Source: an uncultured Dehalococcoidales bacterium (GTDB lineage: Bacteria; Chloroflexota; Dehalococcoidia; E44-bin15). Taken from it: 64,000 nt of DNA. The notes beneath the pieces are model-generated. The model did not search any database. It saw nothing but the letters and a program-made list of their open reading frames with translations, and was not told the origin of the DNA. Positions within the stretch are counted from its first letter, which is position 1. Each line of letters opens with the position of its first letter. The translations under genes and the position numbers were made by a program. The stretch covers positions 27,733-91,732 of the forward strand of contig CAYRYW010000002.1 in NCBI GenBank assembly GCA_964428725.1, in the 5' to 3' direction. Below are positions 44,504 through 54,710 of the stretch, one piece after another.

Positions 44504-45010
44504 ATGAGCAAGGGTAAGAACAAAGAGGAAATGGTAAAGGCGGGAAAAGTTGAGGATCTGAGAGTCTTCAAGTTGATGTATTTAGAGAAGAGCGTTAGCG
44601 AGACGAAGCTCATGGCGGAGCTGAAAAGGCGTGCCTTTAATGACCAGATTGAGCAGCTTAAGATCGAGAGACAGTCTCAGGCGAAGGGGTTCGAGCTTCG
44701 CGCAAAAGCCTTAGCCGATGAGATTCTTCAGATTCGTAAGATGTTCGAGGAAGAGTACGAGATTAGCCTAGCGGAGTGGGGGTATGACGACGCAACAGGA
44801 GTGCTAGTTCCTCTTAGCCATGAGGTCCTTGAGAGGATCCATTCTCAGAGAGCGTTGCAGAAGGATATTGATGTTGAGAAATCTGAGGAGAAAAAGAAGA
44901 GAGTGAGAAAGAAACGGAAGCTCAAGCTACCGGTGGGCGATTCTGCTCCAGCCGAAGTCGAGAGCAAAGAAGGCGAACAGAAGCCTCCGACTGCTACAGC
45001 GGAGGCTTAG
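44504..45010 (+). CDS. coiled-coil protein with K-rich C-terminus
   Basis: GAAGGAG SD 8 nt before ATG 44504. Confidence 0.45.
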   Translation: MSKGKNKEEMVKAGKVEDLRVFKLMYLEKSVSETKLMAELKRRAFNDQIEQLKIERQSQAKGFELRAKALADEILQIRKMFEEEYEISLAEWGYDDATGVLVPLSHEVLERIHSQRALQKDIDVEKSEEKKKRVRKKRKLKLPVGDSAPAEVESKEGEQKPPTATAEA

Positions 45011-45041
45011 TTCGGCGCTAGAAGCGTCAGGAGGTTAGGCT

Positions 45042-46895
45042 ATGGCTACTAGGAAGTTCCTTTATGGTGGTGCTAACGGATACCCGCGTGAAGCGGATCC
45101 AGCGGACGACATTCAACTAGGTGGACTGGAGATGTCTGGCGGCATCGACATGAACACCAACAAAGTCACTGAGCTGGCTGCTGCTACAGCTTCTGGTGAT
45201 GCGCTCTCTTTTGGACAGTCTGGCGCTGAGCTAAGCGGGCTGTCTATCACGACTTCAGCTCTTGACATGAACTCGCAGCAGATTACCAATCTAGCTGATG
45301 GTACTGTCAGTCATCACGCGGTCAATCTTTCTCAAATGGAAGATGCGATCACATTGGGTAGAACTTGGAAAGAGTTTCTTCTTTATTCCCGTCAGCTAAA
45401 CAATGCACAAGGTGTATTGGGAGCTTCGGCATTGTACATGTCGGCTAATCCGGTAGCTGGCGATACAATCACAATCACGAACGGGACAGTAACCAGAACG
45501 TACGGCGCGACTTCTGGTGGCGATGCTCAGTACACAATTGGTGCAACTCCAGCCGACACGATGGCAAATCTTGCAGCAGCAATCGAAGCTGACGGGTCTG
45601 CATGGGTGTCGAATTTCGACACTGATCTGGACGCAATCAACTCCGCTGGTGTTGTTGTTATTATGGAGTCGACTACAAGCGCTGGTGATTCTGAGGTTTA
45701 TGGTACGTGGGCAACGCCTGCCAGCATTCAGCTTGTTGATTTCACGGATGAGACCGACTACACGAAGAAGACTTCGTCGAATCTTCCTGGGTCTGCTCCT
45801 GGCGCTACAAACTTCGGTATTCGCAGGACACAAGCAAACCTCATCGCTGGTGAGGTTCACTATGTAGAGAATAACGACAGGTTGTACGGTTGGGATGACG
45901 ATGCCGACGAGTGGAATGCTCTGTCTGGTAGCGTTTCTATCCCTGATGCGACTGCTGCATCTGGTGGTGGGATTAAGGGTAAAATCACAGTAGACAGTGA
46001 TTTTGGTCTTGCCGTAAATACCGGTATCTTGACTATAGATCTCGCATCCAACAGAGGTCTTGGTTTTAGTTCTGGTGAACTTGAAGTCGTAGAGAATACC
46101 GCCGCAGGTATCGAAGTCACATCTTCTGGTATCGGGATTGACCTCGCAGCATCTACTCCAGCTCTGTCATTCGATGGCAGTGGTGATCTGCAAGTAGACG
46201 TTGATACCACAGCTGGTATCGAGAAGACAGCCAATGGTGTTGCGATTGACCTCGCGGCAACCACTCCTGCTCTTGGATTTGACGGATCAGGTGATCTCGA
46301 AGTCACTGTCGTGTCGACAGGCGGCGTAGAGAAAGCGGCTGGTGGGCTCCAAATCAAAATTGACGATACGCCAGACACCTTGGACGTTGATGGCGACGGC
46401 CTTAAAGTTGTCGGTGTTCCTTCGTTGTTCAAAGTTGGTGGCACTGCTGTCAGTGCGAACGTTACTGCCCCTAACCTCGACACCTTGACAGGTGGCGGTG
46501 TTACCACGCTGCATAGTCATGCTGGTTCCGACGAGGCGACTCGTGTAGAGAACGCTTTCACAGCAGGCGAGAACGTCACGATTGGTGATCCAGTTTATCT
46601 GGATGCAACCAACAACCAAGTGGCCAAAGCAGATGCTGGCGACGACAGCAAGTACGAGACAATTGGTGTTGCCAAAGCGACCATCAGTTCCGGCAATCCA
46701 GTCGAAGTTATTACTCTAGGACCAGCTAATGTGCTTACGGGTGCGACTGCTGGAGCGAGGTATTACCTCGATGATACTGGCGGAATGACAACTACTATTC
46801 CAACTGGCCAGAAATGGGTTGTTGTTATAGGGTTTGCTGTTGACGCCGATACGCTGTTTGTGATGCCAAGGGTACTCCACAAGCAATTCGCGTAG
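45042..46895 (+). CDS. tail fiber protein
   Basis: N-terminal tail-fibre repeats (NKVTELAAATASGDALSFGQ, QQITNLADGTVSHHAVNLSQM); GGAGG SD. Confidence 0.6.
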   Translation: MATRKFLYGGANGYPREADPADDIQLGGLEMSGGIDMNTNKVTELAAATASGDALSFGQSGAELSGLSITTSALDMNSQQITNLADGTVSHHAVNLSQMEDAITLGRTWKEFLLYSRQLNNAQGVLGASALYMSANPVAGDTITITNGTVTRTYGATSGGDAQYTIGATPADTMANLAAAIEADGSAWVSNFDTDLDAINSAGVVVIMESTTSAGDSEVYGTWATPASIQLVDFTDETDYTKKTSSNLPGSAPGATNFGIRRTQANLIAGEVHYVENNDRLYGWDDDADEWNALSGSVSIPDATAASGGGIKGKITVDSDFGLAVNTGILTIDLASNRGLGFSSGELEVVENTAAGIEVTSSGIGIDLAASTPALSFDGSGDLQVDVDTTAGIEKTANGVAIDLAATTPALGFDGSGDLEVTVVSTGGVEKAAGGLQIKIDDTPDTLDVDGDGLKVVGVPSLFKVGGTAVSANVTAPNLDTLTGGGVTTLHSHAGSDEATRVENAFTAGENVTIGDPVYLDATNNQVAKADAGDDSKYETIGVAKATISSGNPVEVITLGPANVLTGATAGARYYLDDTGGMTTTIPTGQKWVVVIGFAVDADTLFVMPRVLHKQFA

Positions 46896-46913
46896 TTCTA
46901 GTGTTGTTCTTGT

Positions 46914-46948
46914 CTGGGGGTCATCGGCCCCCAGGCTTTTTCTTCTTT
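46914..46948 (+). terminator. rho-independent terminator
   Basis: CTGGGGG-tcatcgg-CCCCCAG followed by gcTTTTTcTTcTTT. Confidence 0.5.
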
Positions 46949-46961
46949 GAGAGGTCTTCGT

Positions 46962-48314
46962 ATGGCGTTAGACAGGGTCAGAGTACTGAAGATCGAGAAT
47001 CCGTCGACTGGTGGCACGCAGACTGACATTTACCAGACAATGATACGTCCAGAAGAGGACGCGATTGATGTTCGCGGCGTAGTCATTCAAAATGACACGT
47101 CAAACGATGAGACGGTTCTGGTTTCAAGAGATGCGTCAGACAACATGACGTTTCAAGACGGACAAGTTGCAGGTGTAAAGACTTTGGACGACCTGCTCTC
47201 GGCAGGCGGTGATGACGACGATCAAGTGAAGGACAATGTTCCCGTTGGGGAGACATTCATTGTTAAGGAAGAGCATCAGCATATTACCTATGATGAGTTT
47301 ACCGTTGCCGGAGAATATTTGGTAAACGGTGAAGCAGTTGTACTGGGAGGGTATGAAGAAGGTGGAGGGCTTGCAGAACACGCACTTGGTGGGATGTACC
47401 ACACGGAGTCTACTCTAGCGCAGTTGAACGCTCTAGTTTCCGACGCAACCTTGGACACTTCGTCTGCCAGTAGGACGCCGAATGCGCACTCAAGTTCCCA
47501 TGAGAATGGCAATTCTGATGAAATAAGTGTAGCTGGGTTATCGGGAACGCTTGCAGATGATCAACCTCCTGTCGCGCACGCGCTGGGTGGTTCGAAGCAT
47601 ACGTCGGCAACCCTGGCGCAATTGAATGCACTTGTTTCGGATGCAACTTTGGACACTTCGTCTGCTAGCAGAACACCGAGTTCGCATGCCAGTTCCCATC
47701 AGGCTGCCGGTGGAGACGCAATTAAATTAGATGATTTGGCGAGTCCTGACGACAACACGGATTTGAATGCCACAACATCTGCGCATGGGCTCTTGCTCAA
47801 GCTAGGCGGCGGAATAAGTAATTTTTTGCGAGCGGATGGGACGTGGGCACCGCCTACTGCAACACCATCGTTTACTGTGTTTAGTGGTTATGACAGCGCT
47901 GGAGGGACGGCCATTGCAGCTACGTGGATTGATGTGCCTCTTGATACGGAGAATAAAAAAACAAATGGATTTACTCACTCTACGGTGACTAGTCCGGCAG
48001 AAGTGACTATCGATGCAACGGGCACGTATAGGATTGATGTTCAAGTTTCATCTTACATTACGTCAGGAAATGATCGAAGCGAGACAACGATTAGAGTTCT
48101 TGTCGACAGTGGAAGCGGTTTTTCTGAAATAGATGGGACTAGGGCAATTATCTATAATCGCATAGACCCTGAAGGGGGAGGGACGGCTTCTGTTTCACTC
48201 ATTAAGGATTTTACTGAGGATGATATTATCAAGGTGCAAGCGATTAGGAGTGGTGGGACAAGTACCATCAATCTGTTAGCTGATGGCTCAAGGGTTGTTA
48301 TAGAAAAAAGGTGA
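46962..48314 (+). CDS. tail fiber / receptor-binding protein paralog 1
   Basis: Repeats ...LAQLNALVSDATLDTSSASRTP...H.SSH and IKLDDLASPDDNTDLNATTSAHGLLLKLGGGISNFLRADGTWAPP. Confidence 0.55.
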   Translation: MALDRVRVLKIENPSTGGTQTDIYQTMIRPEEDAIDVRGVVIQNDTSNDETVLVSRDASDNMTFQDGQVAGVKTLDDLLSAGGDDDDQVKDNVPVGETFIVKEEHQHITYDEFTVAGEYLVNGEAVVLGGYEEGGGLAEHALGGMYHTESTLAQLNALVSDATLDTSSASRTPNAHSSSHENGNSDEISVAGLSGTLADDQPPVAHALGGSKHTSATLAQLNALVSDATLDTSSASRTPSSHASSHQAAGGDAIKLDDLASPDDNTDLNATTSAHGLLLKLGGGISNFLRADGTWAPPTATPSFTVFSGYDSAGGTAIAATWIDVPLDTENKKTNGFTHSTVTSPAEVTIDATGTYRIDVQVSSYITSGNDRSETTIRVLVDSGSGFSEIDGTRAIIYNRIDPEGGGTASVSLIKDFTEDDIIKVQAIRSGGTSTINLLADGSRVVIEKR

Positions 48315-48318
48315 GCTG

Positions 48319-50178
48319 ATGGGACGATTAGTTTTTGAGCATCAAGACACGCAAGACTCTCCTGCATCTGGAGCGACGGCTATTTATGTCAAGACAGATG
48401 GCGCAGTGTACAAAAAAGACTCGGATGGGAATGAGTCAGGCATAGCGGAAGCATCTGCTCCTCTCGCTCACGTTGAAACGCACCTTGTTGGTGGAGATGA
48501 CGCGTTGCCTGAGTCATCGGCGTCTGTGCCTGGCCTGTTGTGTTGTTCTGACAAAACGAAATTGGACACTGTCGCAGCCAATGCTGATGTCACAGCGTCT
48601 AATGCTCCGAAGGCCCACGCTGCTAGTCATGTGTCCGGATCTAGCGATGCAATCAAGCTCGATGACTTAGCAGCACCGGACGACAACACCGACTTGGACG
48701 CCTCTACTTCGAAGCATGGTTTGTTGAAAAAACTCGGAGGCGGAACGAGCAACTTTTTGCGAGCTGATGGGACATGGGCGGCCCCTCCTGGCGGTGGAGG
48801 TGAGAATGACAAGGTTGGAGTCGACTCGGGTGCAACTGCTGGTTACTTGGGTGCAGCATCTAATGATGGCGTACTGCGTGTCGGTTCGCAGCTTAGCTAT
48901 GTAGATGGGGGAGACCACGTTACGCTGGATGTAGCTGAGGCTAATATCAAACTGGACGATCTTGGAGCCCCAGATGATAACACTGATCTGAATGCCTCTA
49001 CTTCTAAGCACGGTTTGCTTCCCAAATTAGGGGGTGGAACGTCGAATTTTTTGCGAGCGGATGGGACGTGGGCACCGCCTGCTGGAGGGAGCAGTGGGCC
49101 ATCTGAGCTTGTATATGACCGCGTTCGAGGAGAAAGCTGGACCCCCACATGGGCACAGCTTGATTCTGCTGGGGATATGATAGTTGTAAATTCTAGGCTT
49201 ATTTCGGATAACTTTGTAGGCAATGCGACGGTGGCGCAGATTAATGCAATGTCTCCTGTGCAAAACCAAGCTTATGTAGTGACTGATTCAGGAACGATCG
49301 GATTCAACAGTGTGACACCAGGTGCTGTTGTTGTGTACATGGGCATTTTTTGGATAATGGCGACTAGTGGGGTTGAAGGCTATGTTGAGTCAGGGGCTAG
49401 GCTGAGACTCTCCACAACCATAGCACTGGTAAGCCCCTACACAGATGGCACGGACGATGGGAAGTTTATGTCTTTTGATGGGACCAGCTTAACTGGTTCA
49501 GAGGCCACAGAAGACATCACAATCTCGTTGCCTTACTCTGGTGATTTAGAAGACTCTGACCGTTACCGTGGACCTATTGTTGTTCAGCGATTGGGATATG
49601 CGTCTTCGACAGAGGGCAAAATAATTGTACGCCCAGCCTCTCCTTATGTATTCAGGGATGGCTTGGACGCTGTGCATTTGTTGCGAGACTATGAATCGGT
49701 GTCTCTAATTGCATCTCCAGAACTTGGCTGGAGCAGGACCACTAAGCTGGAGAACGTGTTTCAGGCGATCAGAGCTGCTACGTGGGCGCATACAAATTTT
49801 CAAACGGCGGCTGGGATCCCGTGGGACACTACTGCGGAGGCTGGATCTACTGAGATCATGGAGATAGACAGTACCAACACGAACAGGATAAACATCCTGC
49901 ACAGTGGATGGTACGAGATAAGTACGTTTGCACAGGTGAATTCAACAATTGTTGGTCTTGCATATACGGTTGACTCTTATTTAAGGGTGAATGGGACGAC
50001 CGAGCTTACAGAAAGCAGGGTCCAGATTGTGAACTGGGAGGATGAGAACATGTATACGTCTCATTCGTCGTATGTGGCATTTCTTGGTTCTAATACATAT
50101 ATAGAACTTATGTTTTGGAATTCGCAATTGGCTGGTAGCATTGATCATGCAAGAATGACGCTGAGGAGCCTTTATTAG
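48319..50178 (+). CDS. tail fiber / receptor-binding protein paralog 2
   Basis: Two copies of IKLDDL.APDDNTDL.ASTSKHGLL.KLGGGTSNFLRADGTWA.PP motif. Confidence 0.55.
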   Translation: MGRLVFEHQDTQDSPASGATAIYVKTDGAVYKKDSDGNESGIAEASAPLAHVETHLVGGDDALPESSASVPGLLCCSDKTKLDTVAANADVTASNAPKAHAASHVSGSSDAIKLDDLAAPDDNTDLDASTSKHGLLKKLGGGTSNFLRADGTWAAPPGGGGENDKVGVDSGATAGYLGAASNDGVLRVGSQLSYVDGGDHVTLDVAEANIKLDDLGAPDDNTDLNASTSKHGLLPKLGGGTSNFLRADGTWAPPAGGSSGPSELVYDRVRGESWTPTWAQLDSAGDMIVVNSRLISDNFVGNATVAQINAMSPVQNQAYVVTDSGTIGFNSVTPGAVVVYMGIFWIMATSGVEGYVESGARLRLSTTIALVSPYTDGTDDGKFMSFDGTSLTGSEATEDITISLPYSGDLEDSDRYRGPIVVQRLGYASSTEGKIIVRPASPYVFRDGLDAVHLLRDYESVSLIASPELGWSRTTKLENVFQAIRAATWAHTNFQTAAGIPWDTTAEAGSTEIMEIDSTNTNRINILHSGWYEISTFAQVNSTIVGLAYTVDSYLRVNGTTELTESRVQIVNWEDENMYTSHSSYVAFLGSNTYIELMFWNSQLAGSIDHARMTLRSLY

Positions 50179-50189
50179 GAGGGTCTACG

Positions 50190-51746
50190 ATGGGCAGAAT
50201 AACTGTAAAAGAAGAGAATACGCAGACCACTCCGCCGACTGGTTACAACAAGCTTTATCCCAAAGAGGACAGTAAGTGGTATTTCAAGAATGACGCTGGG
50301 ACTGAGACAGCACTTGTGACTGGTGACCATGCTGCAACGCACAAGGGTGGTGGATCCGATGAAATTGACGCTGTTACGACTGGCGTCAATGGCTTGATGT
50401 CTAGCGCTGATAAAACTAAGCTGAACGGCATCGCAACTGGTGCTGACGTGACAGCATCAAATGCTCCGCAGGCGCATAAGGCGTCCCATGAAAACGGCAG
50501 CGGAGACGAGATAAGCGTTGCTGGATTGAGCGGGGTCTTGGCCGATGAACAGGACGCAGGTGCTATTAAGGGTTTCGATGTAGTTCTGACAGATCCAGCA
50601 CGGCGTCATCCGATCGTGTATGACGAGGTAAATAACGAATGGGTCAATGAGTCTTTGTACGCTGTTGCGTATGGAACGGTAATAATTGCAGATTGGTCCC
50701 CTAGTTGGGACGACATGAAAGAGTTCTACAAGTTTATTCCTGTCAACACTAAACCAGCCGTAACTTCGCACGTAGGTAACGGGACTGTTTCCTATTTGAA
50801 TGGAATAACGGGAGTAACAGGTGACACGTACACTGTAACCGATGCTGGTACTTTAACTGCTGGTTCTCTGGCAGTTACGTCTGGCCATGTTGTCATGTGG
50901 TACATTGCGCAATGGATCAGCATTATGCCGCCAACAGATGTTGGGAATGTTGTTGGCGGATTGATGGTCCAGCTGTCTACGACAACTGCTCTGATTAGCC
51001 CTTACACAGACGGGACCGACGATGGGAAGCTGATTGGTTTTCAGAACGACGGGCTCGTTGGAGTGGAAACCAGTCAAGACATTACTATAACGCTGCCAGA
51101 CCCTGCTGGTCTTCCGTATAATGATGGGTCACTTAAGGGGATGTTTTACGTCGGCAAGCTGAGTGACGGAGGTTCAGTTACTGTTGTTTGTGATGGCGTT
51201 GAGGGCAAGTACTTGGATGGGCTTGAAAGCGTTCTACTGACTCAACAAATGCAGCAAACGACGCTTGCTGTTTCAAATGCTTCGTTGGCTAAGATTTGGA
51301 TGCGTATTTCGGCTTTGCCCGATTATTTGCAAGTTCGACGGGCAGCTACGTGGGCAGCTACAAACTTTTCATCGCCCACTGGGTTGCCGTGGGACACAAT
51401 AGACGAAGCTGGGAACCCGGATGTTTCAGAATGGGACACGCCTACAAATACATCCAGGATTTATGCTCGATACAAAAAGAACTACCAAATTGGTGGAACA
51501 ATAAATATCGACACAACGGGCGGTTCAACTTGGATTTTTGAGTGCTGGTTGAGAAAAAACGGAACAACAGAGGTTCCTGGTTCGAGGGTGAGGACAGGCA
51601 ACTACCAGGGCGAGGACATGGCCGTTTCTTTGTTTGGTATCGAGGTTTTGTTGGAGGTTGACGATTACATTGAGTGGATGTGTGAACACACGAGTTTGAC
51701 TGGCCAGGTTTATAGCGCGACTCTAACCATGTCGACGGTTTACTAG
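50190..51746 (+). CDS. tail fiber / receptor-binding protein paralog 3
   Basis: Shares SADKTKL..(I/V)A..ADVTASNAP.AH.ASHE/V.GS.DEISVAGLSG.LAD block with 46962 and 48319 ORFs; C-terminal domain homologous to 48319 ORF. Confidence 0.55.
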   Translation: MGRITVKEENTQTTPPTGYNKLYPKEDSKWYFKNDAGTETALVTGDHAATHKGGGSDEIDAVTTGVNGLMSSADKTKLNGIATGADVTASNAPQAHKASHENGSGDEISVAGLSGVLADEQDAGAIKGFDVVLTDPARRHPIVYDEVNNEWVNESLYAVAYGTVIIADWSPSWDDMKEFYKFIPVNTKPAVTSHVGNGTVSYLNGITGVTGDTYTVTDAGTLTAGSLAVTSGHVVMWYIAQWISIMPPTDVGNVVGGLMVQLSTTTALISPYTDGTDDGKLIGFQNDGLVGVETSQDITITLPDPAGLPYNDGSLKGMFYVGKLSDGGSVTVVCDGVEGKYLDGLESVLLTQQMQQTTLAVSNASLAKIWMRISALPDYLQVRRAATWAATNFSSPTGLPWDTIDEAGNPDVSEWDTPTNTSRIYARYKKNYQIGGTINIDTTGGSTWIFECWLRKNGTTEVPGSRVRTGNYQGEDMAVSLFGIEVLLEVDDYIEWMCEHTSLTGQVYSATLTMSTVY

Positions 51747-51755
51747 GAGGCACGA

Positions 51756-52241
51756 ATGAGTATGAAACAAATCATGGGGCTTCCTGGTAAGCCGGATCAA
51801 GGTTATCTGAAGTTCTTACATGATCGGTCCAGCGTGATGGCTGGATTGTCATGGATAGACATCTCTTATCATCCAGGGGAAAACTGGATAAAAATATGGT
51901 ACGGCGAGGAACTGACAGGGGCACAGGAGGCTGAGCTTGAAGCCTTGGTCTCTGCATGCCAGATCTCAAGCAAGTTCAAGCTACAGGAGGGTGAGGAGTA
52001 TTTTGAGCACAAGGCGGGGAATAAGCGCGGATCGAAACACCGATCTCGCGTTAAGTTTAGGAGTGCTTTTGCGTCTGAGCCGACTATAGAGATTTTTAAT
52101 GCAGAGCTAACCGGACTTGCAAATATGGAGCTTGTAAAGACAACTCTTAATGGGTTTAATTTTTTAGTTGAAGCTAATGGCTCTCGCAAGGGAGACGCCA
52201 TCACAACGATGCAATTTCAATGGAGAGCGTGGACGACATGA
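51756..52241 (+). CDS. hypothetical protein
   Basis: 161-aa ORF. Confidence 0.45.
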   Translation: MSMKQIMGLPGKPDQGYLKFLHDRSSVMAGLSWIDISYHPGENWIKIWYGEELTGAQEAELEALVSACQISSKFKLQEGEEYFEHKAGNKRGSKHRSRVKFRSAFASEPTIEIFNAELTGLANMELVKTTLNGFNFLVEANGSRKGDAITTMQFQWRAWTT

Positions 52242-52831
52242 GCTTGAGTTTTGGAACACAGAAAAACGGGTTGTCAGTTGAGTGCATTCAAGACTCGATT
52301 GGCGTGCATGATTTTGCAGATGAGGGTTCTTGGATTAACGGTACGGCTGACAGTTCGTGGGTTCTAGACCCATCCGATGAAAATGCGCCATCTGATTACA
52401 AGGACAAAGTCGTCAAGATTACTGGCATGCAACTTGATCTTGCAGAAGATGTTGATATGCCTTCGGGTTCTGAGCTTTTGGTGGAGTTTTACGGGTATAT
52501 TCCGCAAGACGGCTACACAACGGAAATGAAGCTAAAGACAGTCACGTACGCGACTATGAAAGATTGGATTTCACGAGCGCACACGAAGACGCCTGTGAAA
52601 AACGAGTCAGGTGCAGTTGGTGACTACACTCAGTATGATATTTCGTTTCCGATACCGCCAACGTTTTGGTCAACAAAAGGGCTTGACGCTGCTGGCGGTC
52701 TGAAGCTTACGAAGATGGTGATTCGAATTGCAGACAACGCTCCATACAAAAAGAAGTCGAATGTGGCAGAGAACGCAACAATCGCGAAGCCTCGTTATTT
52801 TGTTGAGATCTACGAGGATCCAGATCTATGA
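52238..52831 (+). CDS. hypothetical protein
   Basis: ATGA overlap at 52238. Confidence 0.45.
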   Translation: MSLSFGTQKNGLSVECIQDSIGVHDFADEGSWINGTADSSWVLDPSDENAPSDYKDKVVKITGMQLDLAEDVDMPSGSELLVEFYGYIPQDGYTTEMKLKTVTYATMKDWISRAHTKTPVKNESGAVGDYTQYDISFPIPPTFWSTKGLDAAGGLKLTKMVIRIADNAPYKKKSNVAENATIAKPRYFVEIYEDPDL

Positions 52832-53361
52832 GTAATAGAGTCTTGATAGTTCTGGCAAGGTCCAACTCTTGGTATGCGCCATTGATTCGCGCTGTCACTG
52901 ATACTTGGTTCAATCATGTTTTTGTGGTGTACCAGGACAAGGGTTTTGAGGAGTGGATGGCGCTGGACATTCTAGAGGATGGCCCGGTTATTCTTCCGGT
53001 GGATCGGGCAATGAAGCGTTACCAGCGGATCGAATGCTGGGAGTACAAGGGAGATCTGTGGGAAGGCATACGTCTATCAGGAGGGGACCTTGGCGGAGGG
53101 TACGACTGGCTCGGACTATTTACTTCGATCATCAAGCTGCTGCTTTTCAAGATTCTACGTATCAAGAGGCTTAAGCCTATTCATTGGGCCTCTAGGTATA
53201 TGTGCTTTGAGTGGGTGTTGACAGTGATGAAACGGGCAGGGGTTCCCGGAGGGGAGAACCTGGATCCGGTGATAGTCCCTCCTGCTCAGTTTTGCAATTT
53301 CGTGGAAAGGCACGGCGACTTTTTGAAGGTCAACCCTCCGAAGGACGTGTGGGACAACTAG
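52828..53361 (+). CDS. hypothetical protein (possible permuted Cys/His hydrolase; speculative)
   Basis: 177-aa ORF; conserved-looking His (FNHVF) and Cys (YMCFEW). Confidence 0.4.
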   Translation: MSNRVLIVLARSNSWYAPLIRAVTDTWFNHVFVVYQDKGFEEWMALDILEDGPVILPVDRAMKRYQRIECWEYKGDLWEGIRLSGGDLGGGYDWLGLFTSIIKLLLFKILRIKRLKPIHWASRYMCFEWVLTVMKRAGVPGGENLDPVIVPPAQFCNFVERHGDFLKVNPPKDVWDN

Positions 53362-53467
53362 CACGTCTGGGTGGTGGTGCGTCCGCTGCTCAAGTTGAAT
53401 AACTAGAGGGCGGGTTAGATATATGCAATAATGTTCCTGGGTATGACACCGCCTACGGAGGCAAATA

Positions 53468-53938
53468 GTGGTAAAATTACAGAATGTGTCCCAGGTGGAA
53501 CTTCAGGTCGTCGCCCAAGAGTTAGATGGGACCCCTAAGACGAATATAACGACAGCCTTTGTTCGGGTTTACCATATAGTATCAGGCGTTGAGACAGAGG
53601 TCCTGGCCTCGACGGCGCTGGCTCAGGTAGGGACGAGCAGTACGTTTCGGTATACCTGGGCAACCACGGTGTCTCCGGGAACGTATTTCGCTGAATACAC
53701 GCTAACCGATGTGAACTCGAAGCAGAGCACCACGGTTGAAGACGTGGATGTTTTGGATTTGGCGGTCAAGGCAGACATCGATACCATTCGGATTATCGAG
53801 TCTGGGCGCTGGCGCATATTGAATAATCAGATGGTTTTTTATGCAGAGGATGGATTGACACCTTTCATGACTTTCGATCTGTTCGACGAGAACGGGCTCC
53901 CGTCATCCATAGATGTCTCTGAGAGGAGACCTGTTTGA
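53468..53938 (+). CDS. hypothetical beta-rich protein (GTG start)
   Basis: GGAGG SD 7 nt before GTG. Confidence 0.4.
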   Translation: MVKLQNVSQVELQVVAQELDGTPKTNITTAFVRVYHIVSGVETEVLASTALAQVGTSSTFRYTWATTVSPGTYFAEYTLTDVNSKQSTTVEDVDVLDLAVKADIDTIRIIESGRWRILNNQMVFYAEDGLTPFMTFDLFDENGLPSSIDVSERRPV

Positions 53939-54402
53939 ACAAACTGGTCACCAGAGGGCTTGGGCCAGGCCATCTACTGATCACTGGCGGATTTAACGTA
54001 GGCAGATTCCTTGATGAGCTTGTGGAGATTCTCCGCATGACATCAAAGATTGCGACGTCCATGGGTCTTACATCCAAGGTCGTCACGTCCATGGATCTTG
54101 TGTCCAGGACGTTGTCATCTATGGGGATCACGTCGGGTGTTACAGCGTCCATGGATCTTGTGTCGAAGGTAACGGAATCCATGGATCTGGTGTCCAGGGC
54201 GCTGTTGTCCATGGATCTGTCGTCTAAAGTCACAACGTCCATGGGGATTGTGTCCAAGACGTTATCGTCCATGGAGCTTTCATCTAAGACATTGTCGTCC
54301 ATGGATCTTTCATCTAAAGTTGCAACATCTATGGAACTAGTGTCCAAAGTAGTGGCAGCCGTGACCGGAACATCGAAAGTGGACCTAGAGGGAGAAGAAT
54401 AA
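53935..54402 (+). CDS. protein built of ~10 tandem decapeptide repeats TSMDLVSKV(T/V)
   Basis: 155-aa ORF (TTG start); 30-nt tandem repeats 54055-54354. Confidence 0.45.
   Translation: MNKLVTRGLGPGHLLITGGFNVGRFLDELVEILRMTSKIATSMGLTSKVVTSMDLVSRTLSSMGITSGVTASMDLVSKVTESMDLVSRALLSMDLSSKVTTSMGIVSKTLSSMELSSKTLSSMDLSSKVATSMELVSKVVAAVTGTSKVDLEGEE
54055..54354 (+). repeat. 30-nt imperfect tandem repeat x10 (tccatggatcttgtgtccaaggt-like)
   Basis: Repeating tccatggAtctNgtgtcNaNgNtNNNNNNN units visible in lines 54061-54360. Confidence 0.7.
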
Positions 54403-54710
54403 TGACCTGTAGCACTCCATGTGATTGTCCAGGAAAGTACTATGTCGGAGACATCGGGACTATTATCATTATCGATGTTTGCAGCGATATAACTACGGCT
54501 ACCCTCATGGCGTTGGACGTAACCAAACCGGACGGAACCACCGATAGGTGGGTGGGCTCTCTTTCTGGGTCAACGAGTATTCAGTACGTGGTTGACGTGG
54601 ATGACTTCGACCAGGCGGGAGAGTATCGAGTTCAGTCTTATATTGAGATGCCGAACTGGAGTGGGCACGGGGACACTACCCAGTTCACAGTTAGCGAAGT
54701 GTATCAGTAA
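54402..54710 (+). CDS. small Ig-like/beta protein
   Basis: 102-aa ORF, ATGA overlap. Confidence 0.45.
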   Translation: MTCSTPCDCPGKYYVGDIGTIIIIDVCSDITTATLMALDVTKPDGTTDRWVGSLSGSTSIQYVVDVDDFDQAGEYRVQSYIEMPNWSGHGDTTQFTVSEVYQ

